From assembly GCA_002071085.1 (NCBI GenBank), contig MWEM01000007.1:17618-81617 (forward strand): a stretch of 64,000 bases of DNA, in the 5' to 3' direction. Both the position numbers and the translations under genes were made by a program. Positions 25,396 to 34,691 of the stretch are shown here, one piece after another; positions within the stretch are counted from its first letter, which is position 1; each line of letters begins with the position of its first letter. Under the pieces are notes generated by a model that saw only the letters and a list, made by a program, of their open reading frames with translations, did not search any database and was not told the DNA's origin. This DNA is from Thermotogota bacterium ADurb.Bin062. Its GTDB lineage: Bacteria; Thermotogota; Thermotogae; MWEM01.

Positions 25396-26271
25396 ATGAA
25401 ATCCAATACCTATAAGATGTTTATAACCGATCTGGACGGCACGTTGTTGGACGACCGGAAGAACATCTCGGAAGAGAACATCATCGCGCTAAAAAAATTG
25501 ACCGACCATCAAGTATTCATCACGGTCTTCACCGGGAGAAACTACCTTTCCGCCAAACGCTTCATCGACGCGTTGGGCATCGATATTCCCGTGGTCTTTC
25601 AGAACGGCGCATTTATTATGAACCCTAAGTCGAAAGAGGTGCTTTACCAATCGATGCTACCGGGTCCGGAAGCGCGGTCTATCACCGAAATCGCGTTGGC
25701 CTCCGGCTTGGAAGTGGTCGCCTATAAGGGATTTCTAGACCTTCCGGATATGATGGTAGAACGAACCGACTGGCTCGGCTTCCCCTACGAGTCTTATATA
25801 CGAAATAACTCGCATCGCATACAGATCGTCGATTCGCTGCTCGAGACGATCCCCAGCTTCTCCGAGCTCTCTCAGCTGGCGGTGATCGGACCGGAAGGAG
25901 AGCTTCGAGAGTTGGAAATGAGAGTGCGCGCCCTCTACCCCGAAACCGTCAGCCCGATTCTCTCCGATGTACAAAATGGGAGCGGTTTCCTAGAGTTTTT
26001 CGGGCCGCAGGTTTCGAAAGGGATCGCTTTGGAAAAGGTTTTAGCGAGATTTCATATAGAACCTGGGCATACCGTCTTTATCGGAGACAACTACAACGAT
26101 TTGGAATTGATGGAGAAGGTGGGCTTTCCGGTTGCGGTAGAGAACTCGCCGGAGCCGATAAAGAAACGTTGCCGGTTGGTCGTCACAGGAAACAACGAGA
26201 GCGGCGTGGCCGACGCCGTGAATCGTATTTTTTTCAATGAAGAGGGACAGGTGGCCGCGGGTAGGAAATAG
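25396..26271 (+). CDS. Cof-type HAD-IIB family hydrolase
   Basis: FITDLDGTLL (motif I), TGR (motif II), GDNYNDLELM (motif IV). Confidence 0.8.
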   Translation: MKSNTYKMFITDLDGTLLDDRKNISEENIIALKKLTDHQVFITVFTGRNYLSAKRFIDALGIDIPVVFQNGAFIMNPKSKEVLYQSMLPGPEARSITEIALASGLEVVAYKGFLDLPDMMVERTDWLGFPYESYIRNNSHRIQIVDSLLETIPSFSELSQLAVIGPEGELRELEMRVRALYPETVSPILSDVQNGSGFLEFFGPQVSKGIALEKVLARFHIEPGHTVFIGDNYNDLELMEKVGFPVAVENSPEPIKKRCRLVVTGNNESGVADAVNRIFFNEEGQVAAGRK

Positions 26272-26575
26272 CCTGAGGAAAGTCCGGACTCTGAGGGCAA
26301 GGCGCCGGTTAATCGCCGGAGGGGGAAACCTCTGGAAAGTGCTATAGAAAAGAAAACCGCCGCAAGGCAAGGATGGAACGGTGAGGTAAGAGCTCACCAG
26401 CGACAGAGTGATCTGTCGGCTTGGTAAACCCCGCCTTGAGCAAGGTCAAGCAGGAAAGGTGCCTGTGAGTGAAGGTGTGACCTCGCAGGGGAAGGTGGCC
26501 CGCCGAATCCTTTCCGGGTAGACCGCAAAGAGAAATGGCCACTCAACGACAGAATCCGGCTTATCGTCCCTCTTT
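26239..26575 (+). ncRNA. rnpB: RNase P RNA (bacterial type A, compact ~337 nt)
   Basis: GAGGAAAGUCCGG (P4 5' strand), AGGGCAAGGCGCCGGUUAAUCGCCGG, GGUAAGAGCUCACC, GGUAAACCCCGCCUUGAGCAAGGUCAAGCAGG and ACAGAAUCCGGCUUAUCG (P4 3' strand), in the canonical order. P1 pairs 26239-26248 (gaagagggac) with 26566-26575 (gtccctcttt). The 5' end overlaps the last 33 nt of the upstream CDS. Confidence 0.8.
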
Positions 26576-26605
26576 ATTTCGTATGTGGTATGAGAAGGAG
26601 CGACC

Positions 26606-27505
26606 ATGGTCTATCATTTGTTGCTTTGGTTAACGGTTTGTTTTTGGGGAGTCTCGTTCGTCGCTACGAAAGTGGTCGTGTCGGTCTTCCCTCCATTTTT
26701 TGCCGCCATTTTAAGGTTCCTTCTCGCCTGGGTATTTTTATGGTTGTTTACGAGAAAACGGGCATACGGGAAACGTAAAGACTTGGTTCTCGCCGGGTTG
26801 TGGGGCGTCACCCTCTATTTTGTTTTCGAAAACCTCGGGTTGGTTTATACCTTGCCGACCAACGCCGTCCTCATCATTAGTCTCGTCCCGCTGTTGAACC
26901 TGCTCTACCTCTCCTTGTTCCGTAAACAACGTTTAACCATCCTGCAGATCTCGGGCGCGGTCATCGCCTTCACCGGCGTCTGTATCGTTTTCCTCAACGG
27001 GAATATCTACCTGCGACTGAACCCGGTTGGTGACCTCCTGATTTTCGGGTCCGCGATCTCTTGGGTCTTTTACACCCATTACATCCTGCGAGTGGAGGAA
27101 GAGAAATCTCAAAAAAACGGCGACGCCTTAGCCGTCACCCGCTCGATCACCGGTTGGGGAACGCTTTTCTTGATTCCTTTTGGGGCCTTGGAGCACCTCA
27201 TCGGTCGCTCGCAATGGTCACTTCAGTCGTTGGGTTGGCCCTTCTTCATAGGGTTGCTGTTTCTAAGCCTGTGCTGCTCGAGCGTCGGCTACTATTTATG
27301 GAATACGGCGATACGCCACTTGGGCTCAAGGTACACCACGAACGCGCTCTACCTGATGCCGATCATCACGGGGGTGGCTGAAGCTCTCATCCTCGGGTCG
27401 ATTCCAAATCGCTACACCCTTATCGGCGCGTTTTTTGTGCTTCTGGGCTTGTATATCAGCGAGCAGAAAAAAATGACGGAGAAAGGCGCCCGCTCTACGG
27501 AATGA
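26606..27505 (+). CDS. DMT superfamily (EamA-like) transporter
   Basis: Ten predicted TM helices arranged as two EamA-like repeats; RBS gaaggag. Confidence 0.75.
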   Translation: MVYHLLLWLTVCFWGVSFVATKVVVSVFPPFFAAILRFLLAWVFLWLFTRKRAYGKRKDLVLAGLWGVTLYFVFENLGLVYTLPTNAVLIISLVPLLNLLYLSLFRKQRLTILQISGAVIAFTGVCIVFLNGNIYLRLNPVGDLLIFGSAISWVFYTHYILRVEEEKSQKNGDALAVTRSITGWGTLFLIPFGALEHLIGRSQWSLQSLGWPFFIGLLFLSLCCSSVGYYLWNTAIRHLGSRYTTNALYLMPIITGVAEALILGSIPNRYTLIGAFFVLLGLYISEQKKMTEKGARSTE

Positions 27506-28158
27506 TTCTCTACAAGCTGCGGAAGATGCGAAACGAAGAATTGGTCCTATACGCGCAAGACGGGGTGGAAGAGGCGTTCTCCCTCTTGGTGGAGAGATAC
27601 GAAAACATGGTTTTAAAGTTTGCTAATCAGTATTACGGTCAGTGGGCGGAAAAAAGTGATATAATTCAAAGCGGTTATGTAGGGCTCATTAAGGCGATTT
27701 ATAACTATAGGACCGACAAAGACGCAAATTTTAACACCTTCGCCTGGACGAACATCCATTCCGAGATTAAGACCTTTCTGACATTCTTGAATCGGAAGAA
27801 AAACAAGATACTGACGGAATCCTACTCTTTCGACTATGTCTCTTCGGAAGAAGCGGAAGAGGAAGAGCCGATGATGACGAAGGTTTCTACGCAAGAGAGC
27901 GAAGCGATCAATCTGAAGGACCTGCTCCTCGAAAAGACGACCGAGCGTATGAAAGCGTCGCTGTCTGAGGAGGAGATGAGTATCTTCGTGATGTACACGG
28001 AGAGCTATACCTATTCGGAGATAGCCCGAAGGTACGGGATCAACATAAAAAAAGTGGACAACATTATACAGAAGTGCCGAAAAAGCTTTAAGGCTTTCTA
28101 TGAAGAAGAACAGGGCATTCTGGACAAGAGCGAAGAGATACTAAGGAGGGCTGTGTAA
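27502..28158 (+). CDS. Sigma-70 family RNA polymerase sigma factor, SigH-like
   Basis: Region 2 (YVGLIKAIYNYRTDKDANFNTFAW) and region 4 (YTYSEIARRYGINIKKVDNIIQKCRKSF); colinear with Bacillus SigH. ATGA overlap with the upstream transporter gene. Confidence 0.75.
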   Translation: MILYKLRKMRNEELVLYAQDGVEEAFSLLVERYENMVLKFANQYYGQWAEKSDIIQSGYVGLIKAIYNYRTDKDANFNTFAWTNIHSEIKTFLTFLNRKKNKILTESYSFDYVSSEEAEEEEPMMTKVSTQESEAINLKDLLLEKTTERMKASLSEEEMSIFVMYTESYTYSEIARRYGINIKKVDNIIQKCRKSFKAFYEEEQGILDKSEEILRRAV

Positions 28159-29048
28159 TGGCCTATATCCCTGGACCGGGCACGAAAGAAAAAAAACCTG
28201 CAACCTCCGTCGAGAGCGTACCCGTCAGCATAGAAGAAAAACCGCTCAAGCGGTACTACGAAGAGCGTGCGCGTTTGCGTAAAAAAGAAAAATCGAGTCG
28301 GAAAACGCCGCTAAAGGAAGGGGAAACCTCCGAAACGCCGGTCCCGGAACCCAAGACGCGAACCCCAGCGACACGAGAAAGCGATGGCCCCAAGCGCGCG
28401 ACAATAACCGGAACGAAGCGCCTTGTCACAAAACAGCCTCCCACTTTCGTCTGGACCTTTCTTTTTTTTGTGGCGCTCGCCTTTTCGATCTTCAGTTATA
28501 TGAAGCTTCATGAGTTCCGAAACACATACGCGACCCAGTTGGACGCATTGAAGCAGAAATCAGAAGAGCGTTTTCAGACTTTGAACAAGATGATTATGGA
28601 AGATCGGGCCTATCTTGGTCCGAACGGGATCATCGACAAATACCTGGTGGTTTCGAACAACATCGATTCGCAGATTATCGGGCTCAACGATATGATCGCA
28701 TTAAGCGAATCGCGCGCTTTCGATAAAGTGGGGTTCGTACGTTTTTTTATCAGCGGGTCCAAACCGGTTTGGGTCAGCGTGGAGTCTTCTAGCGGAAAGG
28801 TTGTTTTCCAAAACACCCTTTCTCCCGGACTCTCCCGAGAGATGATCTATTACTTTAAAAAACCCGCCCAAGCTATCCAAAACATTACCTTTGAAGTGAC
28901 TCAGAACTTTAAGGTTAGCTCCGGAAACTACGAGAACACCTATTTAGTGTTTTTCAGTTTTGGAACCACGAAAATTGTCCGGATGGACAGTAAAACGATC
29001 TCAAATCCAGTGCAGAAGTATAACATTTGGATACCGAGCACAACTTGA
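28158..29048 (+). CDS. Single-pass membrane protein: low-complexity K/P/E/T-rich cytoplasmic N-terminus, TM helix, ~170-aa extracytoplasmic domain; candidate sigma-factor partner
   Basis: TAATG overlap with the sigma factor stop; hydrophobic segment FVWTFLFFVALAFSIFSYM; no recognisable motif in the C-terminal domain. Confidence 0.5.
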   Translation: MAYIPGPGTKEKKPATSVESVPVSIEEKPLKRYYEERARLRKKEKSSRKTPLKEGETSETPVPEPKTRTPATRESDGPKRATITGTKRLVTKQPPTFVWTFLFFVALAFSIFSYMKLHEFRNTYATQLDALKQKSEERFQTLNKMIMEDRAYLGPNGIIDKYLVVSNNIDSQIIGLNDMIALSESRAFDKVGFVRFFISGSKPVWVSVESSSGKVVFQNTLSPGLSREMIYYFKKPAQAIQNITFEVTQNFKVSSGNYENTYLVFFSFGTTKIVRMDSKTISNPVQKYNIWIPSTT

Positions 29049-29064
29049 AAGGCGGTGGTGTGAA

Positions 29065-29520
29065 TTGACTCGCGGACGAAAGAAAGTGCTCACCAGCGCA
29101 CTCGAAGACTATATCAAAGTGATATTCGATCTGACGCAAGCGGCTCCCGTCGCGAGAGTAAAAGACATAGCCGAGAGCGTCGGTGTGAGTCTTCCCAGCG
29201 TCACGAACGCGATGAAGCGATTGAAAGATCTCGGCTACGTCAATTACGAGAAATACGGTCTCATCTATCTTTCGGAAGAGGGCAAAAAGCGTGCGATCAC
29301 GCTGATCCGAGTCCATCAACTTCTGGACGCTTTTTTCGTCGACTTGGTGGGGATGCCGGCGAATGTATCCAGTAACCTGTCCTGCCGCATCGAACACTTC
29401 TTGGACCAACGGACCGAAGAGCGGAGCGCCCGGTTCATCACGATCCTCAAGAAGATAAAAACCGGGGAACCAGAGGCTTATAACGATCTGGAAAGATTCC
29501 TTCAAGAAAAGCCGGGATAG
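29065..29520 (+). CDS. DtxR/MntR-family metal-dependent transcriptional regulator
   Basis: N-terminal HTH (SALEDYIKVIFDL...ARVKDIAESVGVSLPSVTNAMKRL) and a dimerisation region. Start trimmed to TTG 29065 or GTG 29086, because the ORF-track start at 28960 overlaps the previous gene. Confidence 0.75.
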   Translation: MTRGRKKVLTSALEDYIKVIFDLTQAAPVARVKDIAESVGVSLPSVTNAMKRLKDLGYVNYEKYGLIYLSEEGKKRAITLIRVHQLLDAFFVDLVGMPANVSSNLSCRIEHFLDQRTEERSARFITILKKIKTGEPEAYNDLERFLQEKPG

Positions 29521-29526
29521 GCGGTC

Positions 29527-30462
29527 GTGATGAAAAGAGCTTTGGTTACAGGAGGCGCCGGGTTCATCGGCTCTCATTTGGTAGACGCGTTGATCGAGGA
29601 AGAATACGATGTGGCCGTAATCGACGATCTTTCAACCGGTTCTCTAGACAACCTCCCGCCGAAGGGCATCCGGCTGTTCAAAGGATCGGTCTCGGACGCG
29701 GAGCTAGTTAGAGAGGCCTTTTCGAGCCATAAACCGGACTACGTCTTTCACCTTGCTGCGCAGATCAGCGTTTCCCGTTCTGTGAGAGAACCGGCCTTTG
29801 ACGCCGACATCAACGTCGTAGGCTCTATCCGTATTATGGAGGCATGCGTGCGGGAAGCGGTGAAGAAAATCATTTACACGTCTTCAGGTGGCGTGATGTA
29901 CGGTGAAAACCCGCCCGTTTTACCCACCCCGGAAACCTCTCCCTGCGCGCCCTTCTCTCCCTACGGTATTGCCAAATTGACGGGAGAAAAGTATTTGGCT
30001 TTTTTCGAGAAAGAACACGGGCTCAGATGGACTTCCTTAAGGTACGCGAATGTCTATGGTCCTCGGCAGAACCCCCACGGAGAGGCCGGCGTCGTCGCGA
30101 TTTTTTTGCAAAAGATGTTGCGCGGCCAACCGGTTACGATCAATGGGGATGGAGAATACATTCGCGATTATGTTTACGTTCAAGACATCGTACGCGCCAA
30201 CCTTCTGGCGATAGATCGGGCGGATGGCCTGGCTTTGAATATCGGAACGGGATCGGGTCTCTCCGTCAATCGACTGTTCGGTCTGTTACGCGACCAAACC
30301 CATTATCGGCAAGAGGCGTTTCACGGCCCGGCCCGACCGGGCGACCTAAGGAAAAGCGTGCTCGATAGCTCTCTAGCCAAAACCACGCTGGGGTGGTCTC
30401 CTCTGATGGGTTTGACGGAGGGGATTTCTGAAACGGTCCGTTATTTCGAGAAGACAACGTAG
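29527..30462 (+). CDS. NAD-dependent epimerase/dehydratase (SDR family; UDP-glucose 4-epimerase-like)
   Basis: VTGGAGFIGSHL (Rossmann motif) and catalytic YxxxK (SPYGIAKL). Confidence 0.85.
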   Translation: MMKRALVTGGAGFIGSHLVDALIEEEYDVAVIDDLSTGSLDNLPPKGIRLFKGSVSDAELVREAFSSHKPDYVFHLAAQISVSRSVREPAFDADINVVGSIRIMEACVREAVKKIIYTSSGGVMYGENPPVLPTPETSPCAPFSPYGIAKLTGEKYLAFFEKEHGLRWTSLRYANVYGPRQNPHGEAGVVAIFLQKMLRGQPVTINGDGEYIRDYVYVQDIVRANLLAIDRADGLALNIGTGSGLSVNRLFGLLRDQTHYRQEAFHGPARPGDLRKSVLDSSLAKTTLGWSPLMGLTEGISETVRYFEKTT

Positions 30463-30471
30463 GACTGGGGT

Positions 30472-31779
30472 ATGTCTCAAAAACCTCTTTGGGAGCAGGG
30501 CGAAGACGTCCCGTTAGCCCATCGGATTCGTCCGCGTACCCTGGACGAGGTGCTCGGACAAGACCACCTCTTCTCGCAAGGGAGTGTGCTCCGGAAGGCG
30601 ATCGAAAATGACCAGCTCTTCTCCGCCATTTTCTACGGCCCTCCCGGATGCGGCAAAACGACCGTTGGGGGTATCATTAAAGAACGGACTCGTCATCCAT
30701 TCGCGCATTTTTCGGCCGCAAGGTCGACGATGTCTCAATTGAAGCCGATTTTGGATGAAGCCTCCAAACGCTTCGCCTTGTCCAAACAGAGCACCATCCT
30801 CTTCGTAGACGAAATTCACCGATTCAATCGCCTGCAACAAGACGTGCTCCTTCCCTATATAGAAAACGGAGAGGTCGTCTTTATCGGAGCGACGACGGAA
30901 AATCCCAGTTTTGAGATCAACCCCGCACTGCTTTCCCGATGCAAGGTCTTTACCTTTCAAGAACTCTCGAAACAGGCGATCGCGAAGATTTTTTTGAACG
31001 GAAAAGCGGCTTTGGACCCCAATAACGAGATCACCGTCGAAGAAGACGCGCTGAATGTGTTGGTGGATTGGTCTTCGGGAGACGCCCGTACGATCTTAAA
31101 TTACGCGGAAGTGTTGTTCTTTGGCATGCGGCAATCCGGAATCGCCGTCTTATCGCACGCGGTGATCGAACGGTTCCTGCAAAAATCGACGGCCAAATAT
31201 CGGAAGCACGGCGACGAACACTTTGATCTGATCTCTGCCTTCATTAAAAGTATGCGGGGAAGCGACCCCGACGCCGCCGTTTATTATTTGACGCGTATGC
31301 TGGAATCGGGCGAGGACCCCTTGTATGTGGCGCGCCGGATCGTTCGGTTCGCGAGCGAGGATATCGGACTTGCCGAACCTCAAGCGATGAGCGTTGCCGT
31401 CAGCTGTTTTCAAGCAGCGCATTACATCGGACTCCCCGAGTGCACCACTTCGCTGGCCCAGGCGGCGGTTTATATGGCGATCGCGCCGAAGAGCAACCGG
31501 ATCTACGTAGCCTACGAGAGCGCGAAAAAAGAAGTGGCGAGGAACCCCGACCTGCCGGTTCCCTTTCGCCTACGTAACCCGGTCACCCCTTTTATGAAAG
31601 AGTCCGGGTACGGTAAAGACTATCTATATCCGCACGATAGCGACACCGGTTTCATTCGCGAACCCTACCTTCCCGAATCCCTTCAAGAGCAAAGGTTTTA
31701 CGTGCCTTCCTTCATCGGGAAAGAGAAAAAGATCAGAGAATACTTGGAATCGATATGGAAGCGCACTTACCCCAAATAA
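30472..31779 (+). CDS. rarA: Replication-associated recombination protein A (AAA+ ATPase)
   Basis: GPPGCGKTT, DEIHRFN, and a C-terminal MgsA/RarA helical domain. Confidence 0.85.
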   Translation: MSQKPLWEQGEDVPLAHRIRPRTLDEVLGQDHLFSQGSVLRKAIENDQLFSAIFYGPPGCGKTTVGGIIKERTRHPFAHFSAARSTMSQLKPILDEASKRFALSKQSTILFVDEIHRFNRLQQDVLLPYIENGEVVFIGATTENPSFEINPALLSRCKVFTFQELSKQAIAKIFLNGKAALDPNNEITVEEDALNVLVDWSSGDARTILNYAEVLFFGMRQSGIAVLSHAVIERFLQKSTAKYRKHGDEHFDLISAFIKSMRGSDPDAAVYYLTRMLESGEDPLYVARRIVRFASEDIGLAEPQAMSVAVSCFQAAHYIGLPECTTSLAQAAVYMAIAPKSNRIYVAYESAKKEVARNPDLPVPFRLRNPVTPFMKESGYGKDYLYPHDSDTGFIREPYLPESLQEQRFYVPSFIGKEKKIREYLESIWKRTYPK

Positions 31780-31783
31780 AGGC

Positions 31784-33547
31784 GTGATGGTCGTGGATCT
31801 AGAGCCCAATGAGTTTTTAGAACATCCGCTGAAAGAGGTCGCGCTTCGTTTTCCTGACGAGCCGGGCGTCTACGTGTTTTCACAGCAAGACAAGCCGATC
31901 TACATCGGGAAAGCGAAAAGCCTGAAGAAACGCATCCTATCTTATTTTCGCCAAACGAACGGCGAAAGACACAAGGTGAGCGGCATCCTTCAGAGGTCTG
32001 ACCAGTTGAAGTACATCCTCGTGAGTTCGGAAAAAGAGGCCTTTATGCTGGAGGCCAACCTCATCTATGAGAATAAACCCGCTTTCAACACGATGCTGAA
32101 AGACAATCGCTTCTATCCGTACGTTTTGATCACACAGGAGAAGTTCCCGAGGATCAAGGTGGTCCGCGACAAAGTGGAAAAGGGAAAATATTACGGCCCT
32201 TTCAGCTCGGTAGGGATGGTTCGTCAGGTGTTTGAGATCATCTATCGAACCTACGGGATCCGCCCTTGTGACTACGATTTGAGTAAGGTTCGCAAACCGT
32301 GCCTCGAGTATCAGCTGGGGCGGTGCAGCGCGCCTTGCGCTTTTATTTCGGAAGAAGACTACAATGAACAGCTAAAAAAGGTAGAGCGGTTTTTGAAAGG
32401 GAACATACACTCGTTAAAAACGCTTATGAAAGAAAAGATGGCGTTTTATTCGGGGCACCTACTATATGAGAAAGCAAAAATCGTGAGAGATCTGCTGACA
32501 AAACTGGATACCCTGTTCTTTCCTCAATACATCACATTGCCCAAGAACATCAATCAAGACTTTTTTGCCATAGACCTTGCTGAAGGTAAGACAGTCGTAT
32601 TCAGGATGAAGGATGGAGCCGTCTTCGGCTGCCTAACTCTAGACATCGACGGGGTGTTGGAGGTCGAAGAGATCTTGAGTCAATTCTATTATGGCCGCCA
32701 CTCGGAGATACCGGACAGCATTATCTTGAACCCCGGAGCGATCCCAGAAGAGCGGATCAAGGGGCTTTTCGACGTGAGTTATATCGGTCCTCCGAGGACT
32801 GTCGGAGAAGAGAAGATCTTAGAAATCGCGAGCAACAACCTGATCAAAGAGGTGGAGAAAAAGCGATTGTCTGTGGAATCCCTGAAGCTTCTACAGGTGC
32901 AGTTGGGACTAAAAAAATACCCGGCTACGATAGAGGGGATAGATATCGCGCATACGCAAGGGTTGTACACAGTGGCCTCCGTCGTCTCCTTTTCAAACGG
33001 GTTTCCCGATAAAAGCCGCTACCGGAAGTACCGAATCAGTCAACTGACCCAACCCGACGATTTTGAGGCGTTGCGTATCGTTACCAGACGGAGGTACTCT
33101 AAACACCCGTTGCCGGAGCTGTTGCTCATAGACGGCGGAATCGGACAGGTGGGCGCGGTAAAGGAAGTGTTGGAGAAAGAGCTCCATATCACCGACTATC
33201 AGATGATCGGCTTGGCGAAAGAGGAAGAGACGATCGTCTTTCCCGACGATCGCGTCGCACTCAAGCTGCCTGAAAACAGCCCTTCTTTACGCGTTTTGGT
33301 CTTCGTGCGAGACGAATCCCACCGTTTCGCGAACACCTTTCACGCGCAATTACGAGATGACCGGATGGAAAAAACCGCCCTCGAGGATATTCCAGGCGTT
33401 GGTAAGGTGAGAAAAATCAAGTTATTGAAGCGCTTTCACAGCTTGAAAAACATCTCTAAAGCCGAGGTTTCAGAAATCACCGCGGTTGTGCGGGATCAAG
33501 CATTGGCTATTCGAATCAAGGAATATCTTCAAAGGAATTTTAACTGA
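31784..33547 (+). CDS. uvrC: Excinuclease ABC subunit C
   Basis: GIY-YIG N-terminus (PGVYVFSQQDKPIYIGKAKSLKKR), an RNase H-like endonuclease domain and a C-terminal HhH. Confidence 0.9.
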   Translation: MMVVDLEPNEFLEHPLKEVALRFPDEPGVYVFSQQDKPIYIGKAKSLKKRILSYFRQTNGERHKVSGILQRSDQLKYILVSSEKEAFMLEANLIYENKPAFNTMLKDNRFYPYVLITQEKFPRIKVVRDKVEKGKYYGPFSSVGMVRQVFEIIYRTYGIRPCDYDLSKVRKPCLEYQLGRCSAPCAFISEEDYNEQLKKVERFLKGNIHSLKTLMKEKMAFYSGHLLYEKAKIVRDLLTKLDTLFFPQYITLPKNINQDFFAIDLAEGKTVVFRMKDGAVFGCLTLDIDGVLEVEEILSQFYYGRHSEIPDSIILNPGAIPEERIKGLFDVSYIGPPRTVGEEKILEIASNNLIKEVEKKRLSVESLKLLQVQLGLKKYPATIEGIDIAHTQGLYTVASVVSFSNGFPDKSRYRKYRISQLTQPDDFEALRIVTRRRYSKHPLPELLLIDGGIGQVGAVKEVLEKELHITDYQMIGLAKEEETIVFPDDRVALKLPENSPSLRVLVFVRDESHRFANTFHAQLRDDRMEKTALEDIPGVGKVRKIKLLKRFHSLKNISKAEVSEITAVVRDQALAIRIKEYLQRNFN

Positions 33548-33644
33548 GATGTGATAGACTATCGACGGCAAACGAAGGATAGAGCAACGCCTTCGAGGAA
33601 GATGAGTAACCCCATAAATAGAGAGTCGAGTGAGGCGAAGGAGT

Positions 33645-33833
33645 ATGGCGGATTATAAAAGACTTTATCGGTCGAGAACGGATCGCAGATTGGCGGGAGT
33701 TTGCGGTGGCATTGGCAATTACTTCGAAGTGGACCCGAATCCGGTTCGCGTGGTTTGGGCGGTCACGTGCTTCATCGGTTTAGGAATCCTGATGTATCTG
33801 CTCGCGTGGATCATCATTCCAGAGGAGCCTTGA
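33645..33833 (+). CDS. PspC domain-containing protein
   Basis: LYRSRTDRRLAGVCGGIGNYFEVDPNPVRVVWAV plus a TM helix; RBS aaggag before the ATG at 33645. Confidence 0.7.
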   Translation: MADYKRLYRSRTDRRLAGVCGGIGNYFEVDPNPVRVVWAVTCFIGLGILMYLLAWIIIPEEP

Positions 33834-33860
33834 AACAAGCGGTCAGGTGGAGGTGATACT

Positions 33861-34691
33861 ATGAAAAGAGCCTTTGTTATGGGGATCCTGCTTGCTATCG
33901 TGTGGTTATTATCGGGCTGCAACCTCATCACGGTGAAAGAAAGCTTTTCGAAAGATATCGCCTTAGGGTCGATAAAAAGTCTTGTCGTTCAGACCAAAAA
34001 CGGAGCGATCGAATTCTTGGGGACCGAGGGTTCTTCGATCAGCGTACGGGGTGAAAAACGCGTTCAAGGCCTCGGCAATCTGGATGAAGAGATCAAGAAG
34101 ATCATTATCAGCTATGATTTGCAGGGCGATCGTTTGATCATCAAGTCTGAATCTCCCTCTGACGGGAATTTTTTCACCAAAGCCTCTTATGGCACGAAAT
34201 TTGTCGTCTACCTTCCGCCTAACGCCCTGGCCAGCATCACCGGAAGAACTTCAAATGGCGCGGTGAAGGCGCAAAACCTCGAAACGAGCATACAACTGAC
34301 GACCACCAACGGGGGGGTCGATCTTCGGAATACACGCGGCCGGATACAGGCCGACACCACCAACGGCGGGATAGACCTTTATCGTGTGGAACTCCCTGGG
34401 GGAAATAACGTGTTTAGTACCTCCAACGGGACTATCCAGGGGGATCTCGCGTTCGCAGGAAATGGCGATTGCAAGATAAGCACCTCGAACGGCAGAATCA
34501 GCCTGAGGGTTCCGTCAAGGTCAGCCTTCGACTTCAGGGCCTCCACGAGCAATGGGAGTATTGATTTTTTCGGGTTATCGGTTTTGTTGACACAATCAGA
34601 GAAAAACCTGAAGTCGGGAAGGGTCAACACCGGGGGCTTCCGTCTAGATCTGGCGACCTCCAACGGCACCATCCGGGTAGAGGGTTTTTAG
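33861..34691 (+). CDS. Lipoprotein with DUF4097-like beta-strand repeats (YvlB/LiaG-like putative adhesin)
   Basis: LSGC lipobox; repeated TSNG.I/V beta-strand units; commonly paired with PspC-domain genes. Confidence 0.65.
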   Translation: MKRAFVMGILLAIVWLLSGCNLITVKESFSKDIALGSIKSLVVQTKNGAIEFLGTEGSSISVRGEKRVQGLGNLDEEIKKIIISYDLQGDRLIIKSESPSDGNFFTKASYGTKFVVYLPPNALASITGRTSNGAVKAQNLETSIQLTTTNGGVDLRNTRGRIQADTTNGGIDLYRVELPGGNNVFSTSNGTIQGDLAFAGNGDCKISTSNGRISLRVPSRSAFDFRASTSNGSIDFFGLSVLLTQSEKNLKSGRVNTGGFRLDLATSNGTIRVEGF

